A stretch of 64,000 nt of DNA from the NCBI GenBank assembly GCA_964486045.1, contig CAZALK010000022.1, forward strand, positions 1-64,000, in the 5' to 3' direction. The stretch comes from an uncultured archaeon. Its GTDB lineage: Archaea; Asgardarchaeota; Lokiarchaeia; Sigyniarchaeales; SOKP01. Of the stretch, positions 1-11,027 are shown piece after piece. Under the pieces are notes generated by a model. The model did not search any database. It was not told the DNA's origin and was given only the letters and a program-made list of their open reading frames with translations. The first letter of the stretch is position 1, and every line of letters starts with the position of its first letter. The position numbers were made by a program, and so were the translations under genes.

Positions 1-56
<56 letters not shown>

Positions 57-461
57 GTTTCAATATATTATCTTTAAATGATCATTTGAAGAAATCAGGT
101 TAGATTGTTTTTTAATTATTATTTGAAAGAATCTTTTTTAAGTTCTTATATTTTCATTAAATGTATTCTCTATCAAGTGTCTTGTTTTATCCTAAAATAC
201 CTTTAAAATCTGCTGAAAAATTCTGGAAATTAATCCTCAATTTCTTGCTATATTCGGTTTAACTAATTATCGTTATAGCAGTTTCTGGGTTAGTGGGCAT
301 ATTTTTATATGTTAATAATATGCCTTTTTTAGTGCGACTTGAATTCCAAAACAACAACCGATGGATCAGTATTGTAGTTATTGCTCTTATTCTTGTTATT
401 GTAATCTCAACATTGGTATTATCTCGTGAGAGTTAACCAATTACTGCTTTAATTAGTTGAT

Positions 462-956
462 TTATATAGCGGCTTTCGGAATCAATAAAGTAAAATTGCT
501 TCCTTTTGAAAAATCCCCCTTTACTTTATCTTCAATCCAAATTTCACCTTTATAGGAATCAACCAAATTCTTAACTGAAAATAATCCAAATCCCATACTT
601 TTTCCGTTATCGTGGTGTGTATTCTTCAATTTAAAAATATTCTTTTTCTTTTCATCATCGATTCCAACCCCATTGTCTATAAATTCCATTTTCAAATACT
701 TCTTCTTTCGTTTACGTACTTCTGAAACTCTGACAGTAATTTTGATGACTTCATTTTTATTATGGACTACCGCATTGATTAGTAGATTTTCGAACACATC
801 TTGAAGGAGTGAATTCGCATTGACGTAATATTCAGTGAAAGAAGTATTAACACTAAAAGTTACCTTATCTTAAAGAGGAGTCTTTACAAAATTTAGTGCA
901 GCTCTCAATAAATTTTTACAACTATTCTTTTCATTCTTTTTATAAATAGCGTAAGG
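462..956 (-). pseudogene. truncated histidine kinase HATPase_c fragment
   Basis: N-box (VFENLLINAV), G1 (DNGVGI) and G2 (GFGL) motifs. The frame extends upstream (..YYVNANSLLQD) but meets TAA at about 870-872, and no HisKA/sensor domain is present. Confidence 0.7.
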
Positions 957-1121
957 TCATACTGCGAAGTAAATAAACTAAGCGAATAATCAAATTTGGT
1001 TTGTAGCTAATAATCCTTCTGTTTCACTTTGCCTTTTTTGTAGTAGTTAAATATAAGTAAAAGATTTTCACTTATAAAAGATAACTAATTATTATATTTA
1101 ATATTGAAAAAAGTGGTTTAT

Positions 1122-2843
1122 ATGATTAAATCCTTCGATAAAGATTTAGTTCAGGGAGTTTGCAACTCAAATGAATTTAAGGGATGGCTTCTTTCAAGAA
1201 GGTGGTTTGGGGATAAATCAACTCTCTCAAATTTAGAGTTTTCAATCTTAATTAATTATTTTGAATTAATTTCAGAAAGGATTTTACTAAATGTAATCGA
1301 AGTTAAAACATCTAATTATTCTAAGACTTACTTTCTTCCTTTAATATACTATGAGAAAATTGAAGAAATTTTAGAACCGGTTGAAAAAACTAGAGAAACG
1401 ATTATTAATCTTACTGAAAACACATTTAGTAAAAAACTTGTAATGACTGTTGACAAAAAACAGAAAATCTTCACATTAAACTTATTAGAAGCGGAGTTTT
1501 GCTTATTTTTTTGGAGAAAAATGTTATTTGATGCAAAAATTTCAGAACAGTTTCCGTCAATGGATATGGATCTAATCCTCTATTCTAAACAGTTTGAAAA
1601 TGAAAATGATATGAAGAAAGTGCAAAACTTAATTGAAGCGGGATTAAATCCAGAGAGATATGACCTTACTTTAAACCAACTTGGTAAGGGAAATACAACA
1701 AATATGTTATTTATGCTGAATATCGCTAATAAGCGTGCTCCCAGCCAACCACCTATTTCTTATGTTTTAAAATCTTATAAGGATTATTCAGTGAGTTTAG
1801 AACCTTCAATATTATTTATGTTGGTAAAAAATAACTTCCCAAATGCCCCAAAAATATATGGGACAATTAAAATTCGTGATAAAGACACAATTGGAATAAT
1901 TGAAGGTGTTCCTACTACTGGAAATTTAGGTGAAATATACTGGAATGAGCTAAATTCTATGATTAATAGCATTTTTAAGGATGTAAATAAAGATTATATG
2001 GAATTTAGCGAAAAATCAAATATCTCTAAGGTAATTAATGATAATTGTATTGAAACTTTAAAAATATCTTCAGAAATTGGAAACTACATTAAAAGTCTGC
2101 ATAAGTCATTGATTTTACCTGAAGAAGAGCATTATAGTTTAGAATCCGTGGGGAGTAAAGAGTATCTTAAAAATTATACAGAGACGTTGAATACCATGAT
2201 TTCGGAGTTATTAGGCTATATGACCCAGCAACCTGAAAGTGCTTTTTTTAATCTACCTAAGATTAGTTCAATTCTAATCGATATTAAAGATATAGTTGAA
2301 AAATTTCGTTCAGAATTCGAAGATGTAAATATTGATATTCAACCAGTACATCAAGATCTACATATGGAACAGATACTATATACCAAAGCTGATAGTAAAT
2401 ATAATTATTATTTTATCGATTTCGAAGGAGACCCGCAACTTTCTTTTGAAGAAAAAAAAAAGAAATTCCCAGTTGAAAAAGACTTAGCATCATTCTTAAG
2501 AGCTCTAAGTTATATAAAATTTAACACTATGCTTAACTTTATTGAGAAAAATATTATTCGAAAAGAGAAATATGAAGTACCAGAAGAAATACTTTACAAC
2601 CTGTACTTCAGGAGAGCTGCTAGACCGTTAAATAAAATTCTTGATATAGTCCTAAATATTCTAAATACTTGGGAGAAAAAATTAATGCGAAAAATACTAC
2701 AAAATCTGAAACTTAGTCATGTCTTAATAACATATTTCTATATTGAAAGGGCGCTACATGAATTAAATTATGAAATACTATTTCGACCTTATAAAATAAT
2801 TGTTCCTGTTTTAGGATTAAAGGAAATTGTAGAAAAGAAATAG
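1122..2843 (+). CDS. maltokinase-like protein (Mak/Pep2, APH-kinase fold)
   Basis: N-terminal WLLSRRWFGDK (Mak N-cap), HQDLHMEQIL, FIDFEGDP and KDLASFLRALSY match maltokinase motifs. ATG at 1122 is the likely start. Confidence 0.8.
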   Translation: MIKSFDKDLVQGVCNSNEFKGWLLSRRWFGDKSTLSNLEFSILINYFELISERILLNVIEVKTSNYSKTYFLPLIYYEKIEEILEPVEKTRETIINLTENTFSKKLVMTVDKKQKIFTLNLLEAEFCLFFWRKMLFDAKISEQFPSMDMDLILYSKQFENENDMKKVQNLIEAGLNPERYDLTLNQLGKGNTTNMLFMLNIANKRAPSQPPISYVLKSYKDYSVSLEPSILFMLVKNNFPNAPKIYGTIKIRDKDTIGIIEGVPTTGNLGEIYWNELNSMINSIFKDVNKDYMEFSEKSNISKVINDNCIETLKISSEIGNYIKSLHKSLILPEEEHYSLESVGSKEYLKNYTETLNTMISELLGYMTQQPESAFFNLPKISSILIDIKDIVEKFRSEFEDVNIDIQPVHQDLHMEQILYTKADSKYNYYFIDFEGDPQLSFEEKKKKFPVEKDLASFLRALSYIKFNTMLNFIEKNIIRKEKYEVPEEILYNLYFRRAARPLNKILDIVLNILNTWEKKLMRKILQNLKLSHVLITYFYIERALHELNYEILFRPYKIIVPVLGLKEIVEKK

Positions 2844-2898
2844 TTTTTTCTTCTTTATCTCAGTTAGACAGAAGCTTAAAAATTAGCTTATGCTATTT

Positions 2899-3555
2899 TT
2901 AGGTTTTTTCCTCAGGAATTTTTGCAAACCCATAAGAATAATAGGAGGAAATACGATCTAATGGACGAATCTCTCTATTATATTGCTGTGTCAAATTTTT
3001 ACTTCCCTTTAATTCATTTTCAGTATATCTTGGATTAAGTTCTTTATTTTTGAATATTCGCCATATAAAAGCTTCCACAAATTTTTTAGGTCCAAATTTT
3101 TTGGAAATGAGTAAAAAATTTTGATCATCAATATATTTTCTAAAAAAACCTAAGTTGTTACATAAATCTAATTTAAAATTTATATCTATCCGATTTTTGA
3201 TTAGTGCTATAGCGTTAATAAAGCGTGCAAATTTATCACCTAAAACTATTTGATCATCATCTGGTATTACCTCAACTAATTCTCGTAAATAACTTTTTAA
3301 TATTATCATGAAATCTTGATCATCTAGCGATTTGACAGATGTCCTTTGCTTAATCAAGTATTTTGATAATTCCAAGTAATTTCTAATTATATCTGCTTTT
3401 GAAATGCCTAAATCCCTTTTAATAGCTTCTAAATTATTATTTAATTCTTCATCAATTCTTACTGTTATTACTACTGTTGAATCACTCGTAGTTTTTGCTT
3501 TTTGGGATCTGGATTTTATTGATCTGCTAGATTTTTGTGATGGATTAGGACTCAT
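2899..3555 (-). CDS. ribbon-helix-helix (CopG-like) DNA-binding protein
   Basis: VITVRIDEEL...LGISKADIIRNYL RHH pattern. Confidence 0.7.
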   Translation of the reverse strand: MSPNPSQKSSRSIKSRSQKAKTTSDSTVVITVRIDEELNNNLEAIKRDLGISKADIIRNYLELSKYLIKQRTSVKSLDDQDFMIILKSYLRELVEVIPDDDQIVLGDKFARFINAIALIKNRIDINFKLDLCNNLGFFRKYIDDQNFLLISKKFGPKKFVEAFIWRIFKNKELNPRYTENELKGSKNLTQQYNREIRPLDRISSYYSYGFAKIPEEKT

Positions 3556-4373
3556 TTAATGAATCCTCATGAGATCTTGAATGTAATTATTGTAATATAT
3601 TAACATCTTATGTAATAAAAGTAACCCTGGTATTTTAATGATTGTTTTTTATGGTTTTTATGGAAAGCATTAATAATTGATTATAGGTTTTGATTAAGCT
3701 TATTTATAAAATCTTAATGATTTCTATTTTCAATAATAAAAATGAATATAAACTAAGGGAATAGTGCAAAATATTAAAAATTTTCCGAGAAATATAAGAT
3801 AAGGAAATTTAATATGAGAAAAGTGATTATTTTAAGTATTAAACTACAAGTTTAGACATTAACAACATTTAATTATTTCTTTTCTGCAAATTTTATTTCT
3901 TTAATTAAAAGGTTTTGAAAACAAACCAATAGACATGTTAAAGGCTAAATTAAAATTGATAGCAGAATTTGCACCTAATTTTTAAAGTTTTGATCAAAAA
4001 TTGTCATTTTTCATGACGTTTAACTTGAAACAATTTCTATCAAAATTTGGATTGAGTTTTGCTATTTTCATCTAAAAAAATCAAGAATAAAGCAAATACA
4101 GTAATTTTATTTTTGATTTGGATTTATACTACGATATTCTTTTATTAAATGATTGGTTAATTAATGCAATGCATTTTTGAAACAAAAACCGAAATTTTTT
4201 TTTTTTAATATCATATGTAACTTAAGTAACTAATGTATTTAATCCTATACAAATGAATACTGACAAAATTACCGAAATATCAAAATTTGCATTGGCAAAT
4301 ATTAAAAGTGTAAAACCACATAATCCTCTTGCATTCAAAAGCAAAAAATTTATTAAGGGTTGAATTAAAGGTC

Positions 4374-4697
4374 ATGGAAATTTCACAAACTGGAATATTG
4401 GAAGTTAATTTAGAAAATAAATCTGAATCTATCTCTGTGGAATCAGATGAACAGATTGAACTGATTGTTAAAGCGCTCTCCTCACGAACAAGGCGGAAAA
4501 TACTACAACACATCCAAGATGAACCGATGGATGTTTCAAATATTGCCTCTATTTTACATATGACAGAAGCTAATATATCCGCCCAGATTAAAAAGTTAGA
4601 TGCTGCTGGGTTAATTAACTGCACATATTCATCTGGAGATCATGGAGTTCGCAAAATAAGTAGTCTCAAATTCAACAGGTTAGTGATTAAATTCTAA
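4374..4697 (+). CDS. ArsR-family HTH transcriptional regulator
   Basis: KALSSRTRRKIL...MTEANISAQIKKL wHTH pattern. Likely ATG start at 4374. Confidence 0.8.
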   Translation: MEISQTGILEVNLENKSESISVESDEQIELIVKALSSRTRRKILQHIQDEPMDVSNIASILHMTEANISAQIKKLDAAGLINCTYSSGDHGVRKISSLKFNRLVIKF

Positions 4698-4931
4698 TTT
4701 TCCTAATTTTTACATAATAAATTTCTCTTAAAAGGAAGAAAAGGCTCCAATTTTAATAATTCAATTTCTTATGCCACGATATTCTATACTGATTTTTTAG
4801 GAAATTATTTGACGATGAGAGAGCTTATTACTTTAGAAAAATGTGGTGAAGTTAATCCCAGGTTAGCAATTAAATAAAAGGAAACGTTTGATCACTTTTT
4901 TAAAAATTTCTGAATAGATGAATGAAGATCA

Positions 4932-6152
4932 CTATTTCTTTCCTAATGCAATCTTCCCTGAATCGGGTTCTTTTCTTAATTTTATTAGTGAAATGATCCC
5001 AAAAATAGGGCCAAAAACTAAGAAAGCAAATCCAAAAGTCCAACCAATTAATTCAACAATGACAGGTAAGAGCCAAATTGAAACATTTGAAATAGCAAAG
5101 CCAATTGCAGTTTGAATTGCTAAAGATGTACCGATATATGCAGGATCTGATAATTCTGAAATCATAGCAGAATATTGAGGTGAATCAGGGACTACTGTAA
5201 GGCCCCATATGACGGCAATGACTATAGCTAAAATATAATTTTGTAAAAAGAATCCAATCATCAACGAACTAGTACCACTAACAGCTAACATAAAAATATT
5301 AAACTTCGTTCTACCAATTTTATCAGCAACTTTACCACCAATAATATTTCCTAATGCTCCGCTTACAAATACTACAAAAGTTCCTAATGAAAAATATAAA
5401 TTAACATCTATTCCTGGATTCGTTCGAGAATGAACTTCCTGTAAAAACTTAGGAATCCAAACCCAAAAAGCATATAACTCCCACATATGTCCAAAATAAG
5501 AATAATTTGCATACCTGACTGATTTCTTACTAAAAAGTTCTTTTATGTTTGAAATTTTAAATTTTGCGCCATTTATTAAATGTGGACCTTCTTTAATAAG
5601 TAAAAATATGAGGATAGAGCTAATTAAAGCTAGTAAGGAGGATAAACTTAATAATATACGCCAATTTGGCAACCCAGTAAGATTAAATATGAAAGGTAAG
5701 CCTGATCCTGCGGTTAAAGCACCTAATAAAATTCCAATTGCAAATCCACGATTTCTTTTATACCATGATGATATTAATTTCATCGAGGTTGGATAAACTC
5801 CTGCCAAGAAGAATCCTGTTATAAAACGGAAAGTGATAAAAATTGTGAAATTTGGAGAGAGGGCTGCAAGGAAGTTTCCTAATGCTGCTAATAATGCATT
5901 TAAACTAAAAAAAAGCGGTGTTTTAACTATATCAGGTAAATTAAAAAGTGAATAGATAAAACCACCTAGCACAAATCCAATAATTAAAATTATACTTAAT
6001 AACGCGAGATTAACCGAATTAAGATTCCATAGATTTATTAATTGAGGAGTGATTGCATTAGCAGAAAACCAAACAGTAACAGAAAATAATAGAGAAATTG
6101 AAATTATTGTTAAAATTAAAGGTTTAGATTTCCTAGTGAGCTTAATATTCAT
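4932..6152 (-). CDS. MFS transporter
   Basis: About 12 TM segments, motif A GKVADKIGR, RFITGFFLAGVYP, GHMWELY. Confidence 0.9.
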   Translation of the reverse strand: MNIKLTRKSKPLILTIISISLLFSVTVWFSANAITPQLINLWNLNSVNLALLSIILIIGFVLGGFIYSLFNLPDIVKTPLFFSLNALLAALGNFLAALSPNFTIFITFRFITGFFLAGVYPTSMKLISSWYKRNRGFAIGILLGALTAGSGLPFIFNLTGLPNWRILLSLSSLLALISSILIFLLIKEGPHLINGAKFKISNIKELFSKKSVRYANYSYFGHMWELYAFWVWIPKFLQEVHSRTNPGIDVNLYFSLGTFVVFVSGALGNIIGGKVADKIGRTKFNIFMLAVSGTSSLMIGFFLQNYILAIVIAVIWGLTVVPDSPQYSAMISELSDPAYIGTSLAIQTAIGFAISNVSIWLLPVIVELIGWTFGFAFLVFGPIFGIISLIKLRKEPDSGKIALGKK

Positions 6153-6361
6153 TTTACAATTAAATCTATTTCATTTTTTATCTTAAATTGTTCTTCCCTA
6201 AATTTAAATTGATCTCTAATAAATTCAAACTTATGATGTTTTTTAGATTATTTGGAGTAATTAAGGATGTTACTGAACATTACCCTTGTTTAAAATTGAT
6301 GAAAACTTGGTATACTCTTATATAAATAGGAAAACGCATTAATAACCTTATTAATGCAATT

Positions 6362-7948
6362 TTAATTAGAAATTTTTACGATTTTTTTAGTCTTCTTGTT
6401 TATAGAATTTACTTCATCTTGTCTATCGGTTTCCTTCGTTTGTTCTGTCATATATGGTTTCCCCGCCTTGGCAAGGTCCATAATTGCTTGCATTTCATCA
6501 GATATGACGTTTTTAGACATGCCGCTGGTACGAAGCATTTTCATTCCACTTGAAATCACTGTTCTTGCAAATTGAGGGATATTCTTGAACATCCAATTAT
6601 GATTGCCGAAGGGGTTAAGATATCTTTTTACCAGCATCCCAAGCCACCCTTTGCCCAGATAATAAGCAGAATACGCTTCTGCAACTAACCGGTAGAGTTC
6701 TATATTTGTTAATTGCTCAGTTCTCATCATTGGATGGAATAAATTATAATATTTCGGATCCCGGCTCGTAACCATACCCTTTTTCTCCATTTCATCATAG
6801 AAGTCAGTCCCTGGAAATGCTGTTATAGGTGTCATTTGAACAAACTCCATCTCTAGCGATTTAGCATATTGAATGTTTTGTCTTACCATGGTTTTAGTTT
6901 CTCCTGGGAACCCGATAATCATTCCTCCAAAAATCGAGATTCCACGATCATGGAGCATAGAAACTACTTTTCGAACCTTTTGGGGTGTTAAATTTTTCTT
7001 ATTCATTGCATCAAGACTTTGTTGATGTACAGATTCAATTCCTAGGAAAACTTGTCTCATACCTGCTTTATGCATTAGATCTATTAGCTCTGGATTTCGA
7101 TACAGGGTATCAACACGAGATTGACAGGAAAGAAATATTTTATTTGGAACTCCTGAATGTATTATTGTGTTAAGAATTTCCTTAGTTCGAGACACCTTGA
7201 TGGTAAAGTTGTCTTCACAGAAAAAGATAAAATCATTTTTCCAATCGATATCGTAAATCTCCCGCATTATTCGTTTTATCGATTTTGTTCTATAAGTTGT
7301 CCCTTTACGGCCCGAATTTCTCCACATTTTTATTATACAACAAAATTTACAATTATGCGGGCAACCACGTGAAGATTCAAGCTGAGCAACTCTTGCCCCT
7401 AAATATATGTATTTCTTATCATCTAAAAGATCTCGGCGAGGCATTGGAAAATTATCTAAATTAGGTTCTAACATCCGTTCTTTGTTATGTATAACTACAC
7501 CTTCCTTGTTTTTGTAGGAAAGTCCATCGATATTCTTTAAAGCCACTTGTTTGTTATTGCCGTCAATAAAATTTATTAATTCCAGGTATGTATGTTCACC
7601 CTCTCCTCGAATTATATAATCAACACCAGGATGATTAATTACATAGTCAGGGGCTAATGTTGGGTGATATCCTCCTATGATTGTAGTACATCCTGATTTT
7701 TTAGCCATTTGAGCAACTTCTATTGCAGAAGATATCTGAGGTGTCAGACTTGAAATAGCAACAACGTCAGATCGATTTAACTCTCTTTTAAATTGTTTTT
7801 CTCGATACTTATGCACTTTAAAATCAAACAATTTTGCATCATGTTCAGGAACCATTGCGGCTATAGTTATAAGACTAAGTGGAGGACCTTTAATTACAGC
7901 ATCAAGTCCGGATTCAATACGTGAAGGATTAACATATAATATTTTCAT
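6362..7948 (-). CDS. B12-binding domain radical SAM protein
   Basis: N-terminal cobalamin-binding domain (GGYHPT, GEGE), SRGCPHNCKFC. Confidence 0.9.
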   Translation of the reverse strand: MKILYVNPSRIESGLDAVIKGPPLSLITIAAMVPEHDAKLFDFKVHKYREKQFKRELNRSDVVAISSLTPQISSAIEVAQMAKKSGCTTIIGGYHPTLAPDYVINHPGVDYIIRGEGEHTYLELINFIDGNNKQVALKNIDGLSYKNKEGVVIHNKERMLEPNLDNFPMPRRDLLDDKKYIYLGARVAQLESSRGCPHNCKFCCIIKMWRNSGRKGTTYRTKSIKRIMREIYDIDWKNDFIFFCEDNFTIKVSRTKEILNTIIHSGVPNKIFLSCQSRVDTLYRNPELIDLMHKAGMRQVFLGIESVHQQSLDAMNKKNLTPQKVRKVVSMLHDRGISIFGGMIIGFPGETKTMVRQNIQYAKSLEMEFVQMTPITAFPGTDFYDEMEKKGMVTSRDPKYYNLFHPMMRTEQLTNIELYRLVAEAYSAYYLGKGWLGMLVKRYLNPFGNHNWMFKNIPQFARTVISSGMKMLRTSGMSKNVISDEMQAIMDLAKAGKPYMTEQTKETDRQDEVNSINKKTKKIVKISN

Positions 7949-8217
7949 TTTTCGTAGTACCCTAATTTCCTAAATATAAAGTGCCCATTCTTCACTATCT
8001 ACCTATTAAAGTTGAATTTTACTTATAGCTAAGAAGAAGCATAGAGAAATCAATAGTGTATTCTCAATATACTAAAATATTTATATTTTTAATGGCATAT
8101 AAACATTGTTGTTATTTCTCCATAGTAATAGAATAAGAGTAGAGTGCTTAAAACCGTATAATTTAAATTCGAATGAAATTTGGTATAGAAGTTATAAGAA
8201 AGATTGCAGCAAGCTAT

Positions 8218-9360
8218 TTATTGAGTTAAGTAAGAAATTAGTGTATTTTTGATCATTTCAAAATGCCCCAGGTGTGTTTTTGAAAGATCATCAAAAATCT
8301 CCTTAATGCCTAATTTTTTGATCCGTTCAGCTATTCTAAAATATGGAGAAGCTTTTAATTTTTTAACTAAAGGTTTGTTATCTTCAATATTTTCTAAGAG
8401 GAAATCAATCGGATCTAATTGATTAATATCGATTATTCCTTGAACAAGTGCCATTAGCATAGTATCGAACGTAATTCTCAGCACAACTTCGTGATCAAAG
8501 TCTTTTTTCAAAGGGAATAGATATGATTTAAGAATGGAAATTGATTCTTTGAATAATTTAATGGATTCTAGCCCAAGCTTCTTGATCTCCTCATTGTAGG
8601 ACTTGTCTCCAGAAGTTCTTAAACAAAATGCTGCAACTGCCTGATACTCAGCACTAAAATGAATGAACCTAGATTTGGCATTAAGCATTGTTTCTTTGGA
8701 TTCCTCTTCATCAATGATTTCTCCTAAATTATCAAGAGCGTTTTTAAAATGTTCAGCAATTTCACTAAATTTTTTAGCGGATGCTTCGAATTCCTTATTA
8801 GATAACAATTTGAAAGCCCTCTCCTCTTCTATTTCATAAAGCTTGTCAAATCCGTTAATTTTCATTACAGCCTTTAGAATTAAATTTTTCCCCACGTCTT
8901 TTTTTGTTGGGGAACGTTCAAAAACTTGACCCGCTTTTAATAGTAACATTGAACACAGATTAACAAACTCCTCAGGATCAACTTCATTTAGATAATCAGA
9001 AGCTTTCTGCCAACATTCCCCTGCAGTTTCCCAATCTCGCATTCTATATGAAATATTCCCCAATTGTATTAGTAATTTGGCAGAAACTTCATATAATTTT
9101 AACTCTTCGGTTTTCCTTATGATTGACTTCAATCTATAGGTCGCATGAATATTGGTCTTAAATTGTGCAATGGCTTGTGCAATTCTTACATAAAGCTCAT
9201 CAATTTTAATATAACTTCCGAGATCAAGATAAATTTGAGCTGCCCTTTCAAAAAATTGGATGGCTTCTTCTCCTTCATTTTTATCAACTAAATTCTCAGC
9301 TTTATCTATTAACTGTATTGCTTCAATTTCTTTGTCTTCTCTATCATAATTGTTGATCAT
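8218..9360 (-). CDS. TPR/alpha-SNAP-like helical repeat protein
   Basis: Repeats such as AIQFFERAAQIY, AGECWQKASDY and ASAKKFSEIAEHF. Confidence 0.6.
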   Translation of the reverse strand: MINNYDREDKEIEAIQLIDKAENLVDKNEGEEAIQFFERAAQIYLDLGSYIKIDELYVRIAQAIAQFKTNIHATYRLKSIIRKTEELKLYEVSAKLLIQLGNISYRMRDWETAGECWQKASDYLNEVDPEEFVNLCSMLLLKAGQVFERSPTKKDVGKNLILKAVMKINGFDKLYEIEEERAFKLLSNKEFEASAKKFSEIAEHFKNALDNLGEIIDEEESKETMLNAKSRFIHFSAEYQAVAAFCLRTSGDKSYNEEIKKLGLESIKLFKESISILKSYLFPLKKDFDHEVVLRITFDTMLMALVQGIIDINQLDPIDFLLENIEDNKPLVKKLKASPYFRIAERIKKLGIKEIFDDLSKTHLGHFEMIKNTLISYLTQ

Positions 9361-9523
9361 GGTTCCTTCCTAGACAGTTGAGAATTAAATTATATTTCCA
9401 ATTTGTATAGCCTTAATTAAAGTATTAAAACTTTAGTATTAATAGCTTTTCCTTAATTTATTGAAATATTCTTATACAATTCTGACATACTCTGGATAAA
9501 AAGTTAGAACTAGCATCAATGTA

Positions 9524-10411
9524 TTAAAACAGCTTTAAATTTCGACTTTTAACAATCTTTTTAAATTCAATAGCTTGATACGCAGAGGAAAACGATTCTT
9601 TTGCATCTTCAATGGCACCATAAAAAATAAAATTTGAAAGCCATGTCGCAATAAACATTATACTAGCTCTTCTATAACGTGTATGAAATTTAATATTTAA
9701 ACGTGGAGAAGAATATTGAAAAAGAAAAAGATTTGGAGCAGTGCCAACCGGGAGCTTTAATGCTGTACTGATTAATTGTTGGGTTTCTAACACATGGGCT
9801 AAGCTCTCCAAATTAATAATTCCTCCATCAACCCATATTTTTTCAATACCCAGATTTTTCAACCCATCCAAAATATTTACATTATTAGGTTGGTTCTTAG
9901 CTGTTATATACTCGAATCTTTGGGTAGAAGTCATGTTTTCTGAGCCTAAGATTAATACCACAGCCGATTTTATTTTATATTTTTTAAATACATCTATTTC
10001 TTGTTTATTTTTGAGATTTGAAATAGTATTGTAGATATACTGGTAAGGTTTAACTCCTTTTTCTTCGAGATATTCAATCCCAGCAACTCTTGATTCAAAA
10101 TTTCCACCCAAAACAAAAGGAGGTTCAAAATTATCAAGGTAAAACTCAAGATATTTTACCATTGCATCTGGGGTGGTTGCAGATATTTCCACTAAATTAG
10201 GTACCTTATATTTCTTTGATAATGTCATCTGGTTCTTAATGCGTTTTATAGCTTTTTGAACATCAAAAATCTCAGGATTTTTCCGATCTACTATTGTTTG
10301 ATTTTGATAAAACATTGTACCAATCAATAAAGGCTGTAAATCAAAATTTCCTCTTCCTAGTTTAATATCCCCATAAATATAATATTCAGCATCATCCATT
10401 TTTAGATCCAT
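9524..10411 (-). CDS. MtrH-like pterin methyltransferase homologue
   Basis: PLLIGTMFY, YIYNTIS, LKLPVGTAPN and FIFYGAIEDA match the MtrH/MtxH family. Confidence 0.7.
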   Translation of the reverse strand: MDLKMDDAEYYIYGDIKLGRGNFDLQPLLIGTMFYQNQTIVDRKNPEIFDVQKAIKRIKNQMTLSKKYKVPNLVEISATTPDAMVKYLEFYLDNFEPPFVLGGNFESRVAGIEYLEEKGVKPYQYIYNTISNLKNKQEIDVFKKYKIKSAVVLILGSENMTSTQRFEYITAKNQPNNVNILDGLKNLGIEKIWVDGGIINLESLAHVLETQQLISTALKLPVGTAPNLFLFQYSSPRLNIKFHTRYRRASIMFIATWLSNFIFYGAIEDAKESFSSAYQAIEFKKIVKSRNLKLF

Positions 10412-10626
10412 TCTTCTATATTATACTTAGATTAAGATTTAAAAATTATTTAATCTGCTTGATTTTTCAAGGGTGAAAATTTGTATCTTAGTTTTATCAA
10501 TATTCTGAATTAGGAAAATCTGATAGTTAATTTCCTCGTTGAATTTACTTTTTTAAATAGCAGTTAAATGTATGAAGACTATTATTTAGTTGAATTAATA
10601 AAATCTATTAAAATTCAAAGCAAAAA

Positions 10627-10875
10627 TTGATTGAAATGAGTGGTGAAGAAATATCACAGATTAATGTAGCGGCATATTATCTTGCTCAAAAAGGTTATAC
10701 TTTTGATAAATTATGCTGGGAGCTTGCCAGGAGACAATTAATTTTACAAAGAGATCCAAGACATGATAAAGAAGTTAGAATTAAAGAAAAAGCAGCAGAA
10801 TTATTTTTTTCGGGAGCAAGTTATGATATATTATGTTATTTGATTTCGGAAATAGATATCAAGGCGAAATCATGA
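10627..10875 (+). CDS. small hypothetical protein (internal AAY(F)...YDxLC repeat)
   Basis: 82-aa ORF with two similar halves (VAAYYLAQKGYTFDKLCW / KAAELFFSGASYDILCY). Confidence 0.6.
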   Translation: MIEMSGEEISQINVAAYYLAQKGYTFDKLCWELARRQLILQRDPRHDKEVRIKEKAAELFFSGASYDILCYLISEIDIKAKS

Positions 10876-11027
10876 AAAGGTTGAAGTAGATTAAATCAGA
10901 CAGTTTTAATCTTTGGTACTTCGAGAATGATTTAAATTTGGGTTCGTTAAATAATTAATTAAACTTTTTCTTAGGAAATTATAATGATTTTCATGTCTAA
11001 TCATATTTTTTTTGTGTCTTAATTAAA

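Noticed and set aside
850-900. Possible fourth intron around the TAA in the histidine kinase fragment (small hairpin TAAAGA/TCTTTA)
   Set aside because: No BHB geometry and no apparent extra residues relative to kinase consensus. It is better explained as a nonsense mutation in a truncated relic.
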